From Mobula hypostoma (Eukaryota), in the NCBI RefSeq assembly GCF_963921235.1, contig NC_086108.1, positions 89,964,001-90,028,000 of the forward strand: a stretch of DNA of 64,000 nt. The letters are read 5' to 3'. The position numbers were made by a program, and so were the translations under genes. Numbering within the stretch: position 1 is the stretch's first letter; every line of letters starts with the position of its first letter. The notes beneath the pieces were generated by a model, which saw only the letters and a program-made list of their open reading frames with translations, did not search any database and had not been told where the DNA came from. Below, in pieces: positions 1 to 11,719 of the stretch.

Positions 1-203
1 TGGGTTACGCAGAGAAATCAGTGATAGCAGAACATTGACTTTGATGGCACAAAACTACTGTATCACACCAATTGCTTTTGGGGCCAGCTTGTAAAGGAAG
101 CCATTGAAATAAAACTAGAGGAAAAGAATTTTAACAAAGACGAAGGTCTCGCTCTAAGTAAGAACTGGAATTTGATTGTAAACAAGGTGGGACAGTGGAA
201 ACT

Positions 204-256
204 TGATTGGATGAGGATGAACCAATCAGGATGGACAGACTATGGGGGTATAAATA
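204..256 (+). promoter_or_regulatory. Candidate pLTR-internal Pol II promoter (CCAAT boxes + TATA)
   Basis: GATTGG at ~205, CCAATCA at ~222 and GGGGGTATAAATACC at ~244-258, upstream of the HHR remnant. Confidence 0.45.
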
Positions 257-283
257 CCAACAGACTAGACATGCCCGGGTATC

Positions 284-325
284 ATCCCTGAAGAAGATGG
301 CAGAGTTTGTCATCAAAACATTAGT
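284..325 (+). ncRNA. Degenerate hammerhead ribozyme motif
   Basis: CTGAAGA (288-294), an extra A, stem II GATGGCAG/TTGTCATC, then AAAAC in place of GAAAC. Confidence 0.55.
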
Positions 326-1242
326 CATAATTGACACCTGTCCCAGGCTGGAAACCCGAGAAGAGTTTATTCATCCTAATGACTATTTTAAGCCACCCTT
401 CAAATGCCATTAATAAACAATTATGACTAACCACCATTAATTGGTTGTTTTAAAAAATTTGAATTTGAATGGCTGTGAACCAAAGAGCTGGAAAATGGGA
501 TTCTATGATGGGCATGGTGGCTTCCTACTGCTCTTCAAATTCCTGTGATTCTATGGTTGGAGGAGGTAGGCTGAGGACTTTCTTGGGTAAATGGAGGAAT
601 AAGAAAAGTTTAATCGATTTATAAGGCCAGAGATAAATCCAAACAGAACAGGCATTCCTACTTAAGGGTCATTTGTGACTATCCGTGCTGAGATAATCAG
701 AGGTGGTCCAATAACTGAAATCACCCTCATACAAATGAGTTCATTTCCTGCCTCATTCACACCTAAATTAAAGTAGTGGTTCAAACAGCAGTACTTTTTT
801 TTTTACTTTGCAATTTTACTTGCTTTTTCTGGAGCAAGCATGTGGTAATAAAACAAAATTGCTGTAAAGGCATATTTTATTTACAAACAGGGAAAGTAAA
901 ACATCAGGAGAAATGCTAATATAATTATTAACTTGCTTGTTTAACCACTCGCATATGTTCAAATACTTTCAAAAGATTTAAAGTAGTAATTAACTTTGGT
1001 TATAACCTAAAGGTTTTCTGCTAAGATATGCAATTCATCCAATTTCTGCATTTCATTCCTATGACTATTAGTTTAATTGGGTTTACCTGTTCATTTTATT
1101 TAGCTTATCTGTTCAAGTAATGAATGGAGGAATGTCAGACCAACTAATTGCTTATATTATAGATTATTATATCTTTGTCAGCAATATAAATGTGATAGGA
1201 AGATTTACCCAGGTTGTCAATTTCCCCAGAGAAAGGAATATA

Positions 1243-2097
1243 CATTCAGTGGCCACTTTATTAGGTACACCTGCTCATTAATGGAAATATCTAATCAGCC
1301 AATCGTGTCAGCAACACAATGCATGAAAGCATGCAAACATGGTCCACAGGTTCATTTGTTGTTCAGATCAAACATCAGCCTGGGGAAGAAACGTGATCTT
1401 AGTGACTTTGACTGTGGAATGACTGTTGGCACCAGAGAGGGTGGTTTGAGTATCTCAGAAACTGATCTCCTGGAAATTTCATGTGCAACACTCTAGAGTT
1501 TACAGAGAACATTGCGAAAAACAAAACATTCACTGAGCAGCAGTTCTGCGGGCGAAATTCATTGTTATTGACAGAGGTCAGAGGAGAATGGTTGGACTGT
1601 TTCTTGGCAGGAAGGCAACAGTAACTCAAGTAAACACACGTCAGTTCGATAGTTTCATTTAGTATCAGAGAAATGTATACAATATATATCATGAAATCTT
1701 TTTCTTCACAGACCTCCATGAAAACAGAAGAGTGCCCCAAAGAATGAGTGACAGCTAAAACGTTAGAAACCCAGGAGCCCCCACCACTCCCCACCCCCAC
1801 ACATGAGCAGCAGCAAAACAACGACCGTCCCCCACGCCCACCCACTTCCGCAAAAAAGCATCAGCAACCTCCACCCATGCAATAACGAGGCCCCCAATAA
1901 AGACCATGATTTGCAGTACAACAAAAACGAATTGTTCCCCCAACAACTCAACATGCCATAGGCTCTCTCTCTCCCTAATAACGTGCATGATATGTTGAAC
2001 CTTGAAGTGGATTAGCTACAGCAGCAAAAGATCACAAACATACACTCAGTGGCCACTTTGATGGTTTCCTCTGTACCTACTAGAATAACCACCCAGG
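1243..2097 (+). mobile_element. Non-autonomous Tc1-like DNA transposon with N-terminal transposase remnant, interrupted by a LINE tail
   Basis: TA + TIR CATTCAGTGGCCACTTTATTAGGTACAC; translation LGKKRDLSDFDCGMTVG...GLSISET; second TIR copy at 2043 followed by a degenerate inverted TIR. Confidence 0.8.
1642..1980 (-). mobile_element. Probable LINE 3' UTR fragment inserted in the Tc1 remnant
   Basis: Interrupts collinear Tc1 sequence (compare the copy at 37797-38042) and resembles LINE 3' tails. Confidence 0.5.
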
Positions 2098-2212
2098 ACA
2101 TCTTCCTTCTGCTTTACAAGGCAAAATTATTTCAGACCAATAGACAGCAAAAAGAAGTAAAAGATACTTATTCTTAACAACATGTCAGCAAAGAGCAACT
2201 TGACCTTATGAT

Positions 2213-2890
2213 ATCAGACTCAAAATCAGGTTTAATATCACTGGCATACGTCGTGAAATTTGTTAACTTTGTGGCAGCAGTACAATACAATGCATAACAA
2301 AGAAAAGAACTGAATTTTATAATATATATTATATAGTATATATGAAATAGTTAAATAAGTAGTGCAAAATAGAATTTTAAAAAAAAAGTGAGGTACCTCC
2401 TTCCTGATAGTTACAATAAGAAGAAGGTGGGTCCCTAATGATGGACGCTGCCTTTTTGAGGCACCACTCCTTGAAGGTATCTTGGATACTATGGAGTCTA
2501 GTGCCCTAGATGAAGCTGGCAGCTCTCTGCCGCTTGCATTGATCCTGTGTAATAGCGTCCACCCCGCCCCCCCATACCAGATCTGATGCAGCCAGTCAGA
2601 TTGCTCTCCACGATGCATCTGTGGAAATTTGTGAGTGTGTTAGGTAGCACATCAACCCTTCTCAAGTTCCTATGAAATGTAGCTCCCTGTCTTGCTTTCT
2701 TTCTCGCTGCATCGGTCTGTCGGGACCAGGGTAGGTGTTCAGAGACACTAACGCCCAGGAAATTGAAACTGCTCACTCTCTCCACTTCTGATCCCGCTAT
2801 GAGGACTGGTGTGTCCTCCCTCATCTTACCCTTTCTGAAGTCCACTATCAGTCCTTTGGTATTACTGACGTTGAGCACAAGGTTGTTGGG
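2213..2890 (-). mobile_element. Rex1/Babar LINE 3' fragment
   Basis: ORF 2498-2920: NNLVLNVSNTKGLIVDFRKG...VERVSSFNFLGV...RCIVESNLTGCI, plus a 3' tail. Confidence 0.85.
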
Positions 2891-2974
2891 GAATGAAATA
2901 TAACAATGCATGGAAAACACATGGTGAAAATTGAATATTGCAAGTGATTGGAGGCAAATGCTCTTATAGTTCCT

Positions 2975-3471
2975 CAGTACTTTGCAAAAGTCTTAGGCAC
3001 CTATACACTATATAGCTTTATATATTGCACTGTACTGCTGCCACAAAAAAAAAACAAATTTCATGACATTTGTGAGTGATGATAAACCTTATTCTGATAT
3101 AGGTCTCTATTGTAGACTGAGTGTGGGAAGGGGACAGGGAGAGGGGAACATGGTTGGGAAAAGGGGAAGGGAGGGTAATAATCAATAAACCAATTGTTTG
3201 GAATCAAATGATCTTCCCTGGTGTCTCAGGGCTGGTGTGTTTTGACCTGCTCCACCTCCGCCCCCCCCCCCAGCTCAGCCCTGGCACTCCTTCAGTGCCA
3301 TCCGTCCCAAACTCTTCCTGCACCACTCTACCCTTGTCACTCCCAACACCCTTTGCACCCATCAGATTTACAAACTCTCTCCACTCCACATTGACAAATG
3401 CAGTGCTGTGCAGAAGTCTTAGATACCCTAGCTATTTGTATGTATGCGCCTAAGCCTTTTGTGCAGAACTG
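2975..3471. mobile_element. Tc1/mariner-type MITE (~500 bp) carrying a Rex1-like 3' UTR piece
   Basis: TIR CAGTACTTTGCAAAAGTCTTAGGCAC (2975-3000); inverted TIR at 3446-3471 followed by TA; extra direct TIR copy at 3401. Confidence 0.75.
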
Positions 3472-4189
3472 TACCTATCAAGGATAAGCAATAAATCAAA
3501 AGGAGTTGATCAGGTCTGATGGCAGGCCATAAATATAATTGCTTCAGACAGCATTATGTTTTCCTGATCACTACATTATTTTCTTAAATAATTAACAAGT
3601 GTTAGTTTAATGCCTAAATCTTGCTTTTGGTGTTTCTTCAGGAAGTATGCTGGAGTAAAATGCCATTGTGGTCACACATTAAAAATTAAATGTGATCCAT
3701 TATTGCCACTAAAACATGACTTGAAGTATGGTATTGCTTAATGATAGAATAAAATCATTGATTCATTGCAGAAAACTGGTATAAGATGATCATTCTATTC
3801 ATTGACACAATGTTATCTGAGGGTAGAACAATCCAGTAAGCCCTGTTCATTGCTTTTTTACCATGAGTGCCTAATCAATTCTCCTTCGAAACCCTGAGTA
3901 GTTCTCTTTCTGCTGTCCTACCTAGCACTCATTTTCAGGACATAATCAGATTCAGGGTAAAATGATTCCTCTTCATATTTGAATATTCCCCGGCTTTAAG
4001 TCTGTTCTTTGAATTTTGAGTGATCTGTTAATGGCATGAAACTCAATTGACCCAACTTAACCAATGATAATCTCATAAATCACTATCAAATTTCCATTGA
4101 CCTTTTTACTTAAAGAAGAACAACCCCAGCTTCTGCACTATAGCTTTGCAACTTAAATTCACCATCTCTGGAACCTTTCTATTGTCCTC

Positions 4190-4415
4190 ATAACCTGCCC
4201 ATCACCTCCCTCCCTCCCATCTATTTCCTTTTACTGCCTTCTCCTATTAGATTCCTTTTTCAGCACTTCACCTTTTCCACCTATCATCACACATATTCTT
4301 ACATCAATTGCCCTCCCCACACATCCATCTCCCCCCTCACCTAGTCTCACATATCACCTATCTCCCCCAACCTTTGTATTACAGTATCTGCCAACTTCAT
4401 TTCCAATTCTGACTC
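4190..4415 (+). mobile_element. PLE-derived pyrimidine-rich pLTR fragment
   Basis: Shares ACCTGCCCATCACCTCC / CCTATTAGATTCC motifs with the PLE ends at 8.1, 18.6 and 30.3 kb. Confidence 0.55.
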
Positions 4416-5514
4416 CACTTTTGCCTTCTCAGTCACTCATCAGCCTGCTCGCCACCTTTCACTTCTCGCTGACTATTCACATTCCTACCTAAGGCTGCCG
4501 AGTTCCCCTATGCTGACTGTCATTTTATTCTCGATCTCTCTTTGTCCATCTTTTCAGTAAATGTTTGGATTTCAATAGTGAGCCTAGTACTTGCCAGAAT
4601 AAAGCCACAAAGTTGTAAAACATTTCAACGAGCCCTTTTCTCATCACATCCATGTCACTGATGATACTCACCTACAGTGGCCCCATTTTCCCAAGTTAGA
4701 TCCATACCTTTCTATCGCTTGCCTATTCGTTCCTATCTATACAGTTCTTAAACATAGTGACTGGATCTAATTCCCCCTTCTCCTCAGTCAGTTGAGGTCC
4801 AAATATTACCACAAGTAGGGCCTGAGAGCCCCATTACCTCAACTGCACCAGTTACTCCTAGTTCAATATTTTATCACATTATCTATCCCCTTTTGCATCC
4901 AGCTAACACCACTTTTCCATATCATTGCCCTTGTTGGAATGTTTGTCATCTGTACCTGAAATATTTCGTCTTTAAAGGTCATCCTTTGTTCCATTATAGG
5001 TTTGCATGATAACCTTTTATTTTATGTTATTCTAGTTAGGCTTCTACTAGTGAAATTTCTCTTTTAGTTTGATTTGCATTTTCTCCAAAGTTATTCTCCA
5101 AAGCATTGTAACATGATGATTCTATTACAGAAGGCTAGAATGCATGCGATCGAGTAATTAAAAAATCTAGCAGAAGGAACCAAAAGGGTAGATGAAGATA
5201 GTTCAAAGAATATTGCCTATATGTACTTAGGAAGGTCTTCTACAAAGTCCACATGATTGGCTGATCTGGAAGTTTAGATCCCATGGAAACCAGGGAGAGC
5301 CAGTTAGGTTCAATCAAAATTGATAGGGAGATTGGAATCAGAGGGTGGTGGCTGAAGGTCAATCACAAGTGGTGTGTTGCAGAAGTCAGTGTTAGAACTT
5401 CTGTTATTCATTATTTACTGCATATAAATCACCTTTATGTGGAAGGCTTGAACAAATTTGCAGATGATGCTAAAGTAGGTGTTGTTGGTAATGAAGAGGG
5501 TTATCACAGATTAC

Positions 5515-6081
5515 CATAAAACCACAAGATATAGGAACAAAATTAGGCCATTTGACCCATCGAGTATGCTTCAACCATTTCATCATGGCTGATCCATTTC
5601 CTCCATGAGCCCAATCTCCTGCCTTCTCCCCGTAACCCTTCATGCCCTGCCTAGTCAAAAATTTATCAACTTCTGACTTAAATATACCTAATGACTTGAC
5701 CTCCACAGCTGCCTGTGACAATGAATTCCACAGATTCACCACCCTCTAGCTAAAGAAACTCCTCATCTTCATTCTAAAAGGATGTCCCTCTATTCTAAGG
5801 CTATGCCCTCTGGTCTTAGATTCCCCCAGCACAGAAAGCATCTTCTCCACATCCACCCTATTGAGGCCTTTCAACACTCCATAGGTTTCAAAGAGATCAC
5901 CACTCATTCTTCTGAATTCCTGTGAGTAGAGGTCCAGAGCCATCAAACAGTCCTCCTATGATAAGTCTTTCACTCCTGGAATCATTTTTGTGAACCTCCT
6001 TTGAACCCTCTCCAACATCAGCACATCCTTTCTCAGATAAGTGGCCCAAAACTGCTCATCATACTCCAAGTGAGGCCTCAT
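5515..6081 (-). mobile_element. CR1 LINE 3' fragment nested in the older CR1
   Basis: ORFs MALDLYSQEFRRMSGDL... and VNLWNSLSQAAVE...; flanked by duplicated CAGATTAC (5507-5514, 6082-6089). Confidence 0.85.
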
Positions 6082-6596
6082 CAGATTACATGGGGAAATT
6101 GATCTGTTAGGGAAATAGGTCGAGGAGTGCCAGATGGATTTTAATAGGAATAAGGGTGTGGTGAAGCATTTGGGAAAACCATATCATTGTGGGCATATAG
6201 TACAAACTGTAGGGTGCTAGGGAGCATAATGAAACAGAGGGACCAGAGAGTACAAGTGCATAGTTCATTGAACCTGGCATCACAGTTAATTAGGAATGAG
6301 AAAAAAAAAAGGCATTTAGTCCATTGACCTTCATCAGTCAGGGTACTAAGTATATGAGTTGGAACATTATGTTTACATCTGTATAAATCATTGGTGAGGT
6401 CATCCTATTACAGAAAAGATCTGGTTAAACTGGAAAGAGTGCAAAGAAGATTTATGGGGATGTTGCCAGGACTAAAGAACCCATGTTACAGTATAGCAGT
6501 ATAGGGAGAAATTTGCCTGGCTAGATCTTTACTCCTCAGAACACGAGAATGAGGGACAACCATATTGAAGACCTGACTCCTTCACCCTTCTTTTCT

Positions 6597-6633
6597 CGTC
6601 CTGATGAAGGGCCTTGGCCCGAAATGTCAACTA
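6597..6633 (+). ncRNA. PLE-derived hammerhead motif, core largely intact, stem I decayed
   Basis: CTGATGA-A-GGGC cttg GCCC-GAAA-TGTC. Confidence 0.6.
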
Positions 6634-6954
6634 TTTCTGGGTACCAAATCAAGCGGCCATAGTAAACAGTTTTAGGATGAGAGGGGAAAGATTTAAAAGA
6701 GACCCAAGGGGCAGCATTTCGATGGAGAGTGTAGCGAGTATATGTAATGAGCTGCCATAGATCGTGGTATGTACAAAAGGAATTTTTTTTTTAAGAAAAG
6801 CTTGGATAGGCACATGAAGGGGCAAGGGCTTAGAGGGATCTGGGCAAATGCAGGAAATTAGGACTGGTGGGTTGGGCCAAAGAGTCTCTGCCCATTCGGT
6901 ATTGCTCGTGATTCTATAATGTTACTGTTTTTCTGATTTCCAATCAGTTTTATT

Positions 6955-7140
6955 ATTTATTTATTTGGAGATACAGCGAGGAACAGGCCCTTCTGGCTTA
7001 ATGAATCACACCATGCAGCAACCTTAAAGCAGGTATTTAACCCTCACCTAATCACAGCACAATTTACGATGACCAATTAACCTACTAACCAGTATGTCTT
7101 TGGAATGTTGGAGAAATCCAGAGCACCCGAAAGAAACTAT
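6955..7140 (-). mobile_element. V-SINE/HE1-like SINE fragment
   Basis: Reverse complement contains the V-domain-like GGGTGCTC..TTTCTCC..CATTCCAAAGAC..GGTTAATTGGTCAT and a CR1-like tail. Confidence 0.7.
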
Positions 7141-7144
7141 TACC

Positions 7145-7740
7145 ATACGTTGTGAAAATTGTTGCTTTGCACATCCCAACAGTGGAAGATGTAAAATTGC
7201 CATAAGCTACAAAAAGATACAGTATAAACAAAGTAAAATGAGGTAGTGTTCATTAGTCACTCAGAAATCTAATGGCAGAGGGAAAAAAAATTGTTCTTAA
7301 AATGTTGAGTGTGAGTCTTCAAGCTCCTGTTCCTCCTCGCGAATAGTTGGAAAGCAAGGAAGATGTTGTACCATACGGTGACAATGATGCTTTCATGAGG
7401 CACCACCTCTTGAAGATGTTCTTGATCTTGAAGGGCTTCTGCTCATGATGGAGCGGGCTGAGTCTACACTCTTTTGCAGCCTCTTGCAATCTTCCATATC
7501 TGGTTGTTATGCAACCAGATAAATGCTCCCCACTGTACATTTGTACAAATTTGGAAGTCTCGGTGAAATACCAAACATCCTCAAATTCTTCTGGTGCAGT
7601 ACTGGTGGACCTTTCTCATGATTGCATCAATATGTTGGTTTCAGGGTAGATCCTCCTCGATGTTAAGACCCAAGAACATTCTCGCTCTTTCCACTAATGA
7701 CCACTCAATGAAGGCTGGTGTCAACTTGTTCAAGCTCATT
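7145..7740 (-). mobile_element. Rex1/Babar LINE 3' fragment (decayed)
   Basis: EHLSGCITTRYG and IFKRWCLMKAS remnants. Confidence 0.7.
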
Positions 7741-7992
7741 TCTTGGGACCAAATCCAACAACACTTCTGGATTTAGTTCTAAGAAATGAGCTGGAGCAAG
7801 TAGACCTAATGTGAGAAGGAGATATTGTAAATGAACCCATTCTGATTGGTTTGAAAATTTTCTGATCAATTTTTCCCAAAATGAATTTCAGAATATCTTT
7901 CCTTCTATTCCTTGATTCTAGTGAATATTGGATTTATAAAGCCTCCCCAACATCATCATTCTGCTGTTCATTCACATCCTTGTAATATTCTA

Positions 7993-8450
7993 AACACCAG
8001 ACATTCTGCAGATGCTGGAAATCCAGAGCAACACATACAAAAGTTAGTACATCAATTTCTCTACTTCCAGTAGATTCTCCCCAACCCCTCATTTTCTTTT
8101 CCAATCCTTATTCAAACTCCGCAGTTACCTTTTCTTTTCTCCTCACCTGCCCTTCACCTCCCTCTGGTGCCAATTCCCCATCCCCTCTCCAATGATCCAC
8201 TCTCTTCTCCCATCAGATTCCTTCTTCCTCAGTCTTTTACCTTTTCCAACTATCACCTCCAAGCTTCTCACTACTCCCCCATTCAACTACCTTTCCCTCA
8301 CCTCATTTCACTTATCACCTTTAACTTGTACTCCTGCCCCTCCTCCACCTTCTTGTTTTGGGTTCTTCCCCCTTCCTTTCCAGAATTATGAAGGGTCTTG
8401 GCCCAAGACGTTTGCTCTTTATTCTTCTCCATAGATGCTGCCTGACCTTG
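7993..8450 (+). mobile_element. PLE pLTR remnant with short inverted 5' segment
   Basis: Inverted TTCTGCAGATGCTGGAAATCCAGAGCAACAC at 8003; pyrimidine-rich body; decayed HHR at 8385-8415; ATAGATGCTGCCTGACC. Confidence 0.7.
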
Positions 8451-8484
8451 TGATATTTAGTAGATTTGCTCCTCCTTCTTCAAG

Positions 8485-8830
8485 GCCCAGTAAGGACTAG
8501 ATAGAGTGGATTTGGAGAGCATGTTTCCTATAGCAAGGGAGTCTAGGACCAGAGCGCACAGTCTCAGAATAGAAGGACAGACATAAGGAGGAAGTTCTTT
8601 AGCAGAGGGGAGTGAATCAGCAGAATTCATTGCCACAGACGGCTGTGGAGGCAAAGTCATTTGGTATATTTAAAGCGGACGTTGACAGCTTCTTGATCAG
8701 TAAGGATGTCAAAGGTTATGGAGAAAAGGCAGAGGAAGAGAGTTTAGAGGGAAAATAAATCAGCCATGATGGAATGGCAGAACAGACTGGATATGAATGG
8801 TCTAATTCTGTTCCTATACCTTATGGTCTT
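8485..8830 (+). mobile_element. CR1 LINE 3' end
   Basis: GLDRVDLESMFP...GHSLRI-type remnant and ...CCTTATGGTCTT tail. Confidence 0.8.
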
Positions 8831-9744
8831 CAGTATCCTGAAGAACAGCCTTAATGTTATGATTGTCCCCTTCTTCCAACTTAAGTCTCAACAAGGTGCA
8901 TGAACATCAAAGCATCACCTAATACTCTCTGTAAAAGAAAATATTTACGTCTAAACAGCAAATGTTAGCACCATGTGTTAGAGACATGATAATTCTAATC
9001 TCCCAAAGTGATAAAACAAAATCATATTTAATACTTATTATTAAAGACAATACTTGGGTCACAATTTTATTATGTCACAGAATCTTATCTACTGAGGAAA
9101 TAAGTTTTAGGAGAAAAGTAAGTTTAAATTGGAAAGACGTGGTTCAGAACCATTTTCAAGTATGTTGTGTATGACATTATTTAGATAAGTTATTTATCAG
9201 TGTTTTGTTGTGCAAAGCAAAACATTCCACAACTGATAATCTCTATCTATGCTCTTGAGCTTTACATCAAAAATTTTCTGATCTGCTGGGAAAATAGTCA
9301 AATTGCTTCAAAAAAAAAAAATGGGCTTAATAGCCTTGAAGCGTACCCAATGATGTTGGTGAGGGACATGAGCCAAATTGGTACTTATGCATCATTTGAT
9401 TAAGACTGGCCAGATGCCAGCACTACTCACATTGCTTACTGGCATATATGAAAATTGTGGTACAAGAATCTGAGCAGCAATGAAACCATTTACAGAGAGA
9501 AGTCACAACTTTGTAGGTTATATTCATGCCCAAATGGTCTGGCCTGCAGGACAAAGGACATAACAATCTCAAGCTGATGTCTCAGTGCAGGACTGAGGAA
9601 GTGGTACACAAACAAAACAGGCAGCAGCAGGATAGAAAGAAACTAAGGCAATGCCTTTTGATTGAAGACCCTTCAACAGATGTTGTTTCTCTTTCTATTT
9701 GCATTGGCTGGACTGCTGTGTATTTGCAGCATTTTCTGTTTTAA

Positions 9745-10180
9745 ACATACAACAGAGAATAGAACAATACAGCAGAGTACTGGCCCTTCAGCCCACAATG
9801 TTTTGCTGACCTTTTTCCCTACTCCACAATCAATCTAACCCTTCCCTCCTACATAGCCCATAGCCTTTCACCTATGTGCCTATCTAAGAGACTCTTCAAT
9901 ATCCCTAATGTATCAACTTCTATCACCAACCCTGACAGTGAATTCTGGGCACCTACCACTCACTCTCTGTGTAAAAAAACTACCTCCAACAATTCCCTAA
10001 AGTTTTGTCTACTTAACTTAAATAGACAACTCTACTTAACCTCTGGTGCTACACATTGTGCCTTGGCCAAAAGATGCTGGCTATCCACTCTATCTATGCC
10101 TCTTATAATCTTATACACCTCTATCAAGTCATCTCTCATCCTCCTTTGCTCCACAGGGAAAAGTCCTATCTTGTTCTATC
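9745..10180 (-). mobile_element. CR1 LINE 3' end
   Basis: TGGCCCTTCAGCCCACAATG 3' UTR motif; DLIEVYKIIRGIDRVD on the minus strand. Confidence 0.75.
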
Positions 10181-11719
10181 TTTTCCTTGTTCTATTCATG
10201 TTTTGGACTTTTAACATTTTTAATTTCTTTTTTATTTTTGTTTAGTGAGGGATTGCATATTGCACACAGAGAAGAATTTAAAGCCCCTGATTGTGATCTT
10301 GAAGAAAAAACTTGCTATCTTCTTCCTTTTCTTCTTCTGTCTTTTGATGACAGTTCGCAGTCCAACTTAAAGGTGCATTATCACCATCAACTGCACTCTG
10401 CTTTCCTAATATCACTTTCTAAACAAAAGTGAATCCAGTGCCATTAAATGCTCCAAGAACTTATCACATTTTAAAGAACCAAGAGAATGTTCTGTAATTC
10501 CTTGCCAGCGCAAGAATAGTAGTAATAACTGGACTGCTCTCCCCACCTCTCCAGCTTATAAAACTCCTGGACCACGTTCCAGTGTGGAGTCTGCAATCAC
10601 TTCCCAGATCATGGTGCACACCCAAGGGTTGCTCTATAAAGCTAGCACCTGAACTCCAAATCCTTTTCATGATTAGGAAAATGGGAGGATTTGCAGGGCC
10701 AGCCAACAATATTGCAGTGTTGATTGATAAAGGCCATTGCTGAAATGGCTAGGTCACTTGCTGTAATTCAGTATCAACATAATCCAAGTGAAGAGGTGAA
10801 ACAATGTAGGGATAAGAGTCTAACTGAATACCCTGATGTGCTGGAAGCCAGCTGTAGCCAAAAACCCATGTTATTCACTCCTTCTCTGCTGCTCACTTTA
10901 AACAAAACATCACTCCCTCCATGGTTCCCATTTCTAACCGGCCAATGGGGTCTCTTAGAGATACCGCATCTCTCCCTTCTCTAGCCCACAGCATCTCCAT
11001 CACATCTTCAACTTCATCCAAATCAACTGAAGTCATCATTTTCAGACTACCATCCCCCAAAGCTGGTCCTCCTAACTTTTTTTTGGCCTTTAGGCTCTTA
11101 CCTTCAAACATCAGATCTTGTTAAACACCATCTTCTTTCTCAATGTCTTCTGTATCAGTTAAAGATAATTCTTGATTGCCTTCATCTGTGATGTCATTAG
11201 GCTAGCAGCCAATCAGATTAAACAATTTTCATTAATATGAATCTAGGAAGGAAAAGACATAGTTCTGAAATAACATTTTTAAAACATAGATTGATACTAA
11301 AGAAAGATTGGGCCAAGCACACTCCATGAAGGTAGAAAATAAAATTCTATAATTCATCTTCTAAAAAGAATTAGAAGGGAAAAAAGCAGGTCAATAGCTC
11401 AAAGGTCAAGAGTTGAATTAATCAGGAGGTTGTTTGGAGGCAGTAAGAACATAAGTTATAATATTCCCCCATCACTGTACTTTTTGACTGTGGTTTTGTT
11501 TATTTAAAATATGGCTCGCAGACAAAAATAAAACTCAAAAATTAATATAAAGGTAAAATTGCATGAAGGGGAGAATGCAAAGTTTTGTTGTTATTGTGGA
11601 TTAAAATGGCAAACTGAAATGTTATTTTTCACACTTAAGACACAAGTCTTGGGAAATTTAGATTCTAGTACATGTGATGAAGGAATTTAGTATATGGGAT
11701 AAAGATATTGAGAAACAGG

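Larger units (their letters stand above)
1..372 (+). mobile_element. Penelope-like element (Penelope/Poseidon type), 3' end: GIY-YIG C-terminus plus pLTR
   Basis: Manual translation across a frameshift gives EKSVIAEH / IDFDGTKLL...LVKEAIEIKLEEKNFNKDEGLALSKNW, the C-terminal part of a PLE GIY-YIG endonuclease. CCAAT, TATA and a decayed HHR follow. Confidence 0.8.
5200..6915 (+). mobile_element. Old CR1 LINE (RT C-terminus to 3' UTR), interrupted
   Basis: NKFADDAKV motif; downstream CR1 C-terminal remnants (KLERVQRRF..MLPGL); interrupted at 5515-6081 and ~6570-6640. Confidence 0.75.

Noticed and set aside
10880..11200. Possible ancient L2 fragment (also 23700-23930)
   Set aside because: Too decayed to support without a profile search.
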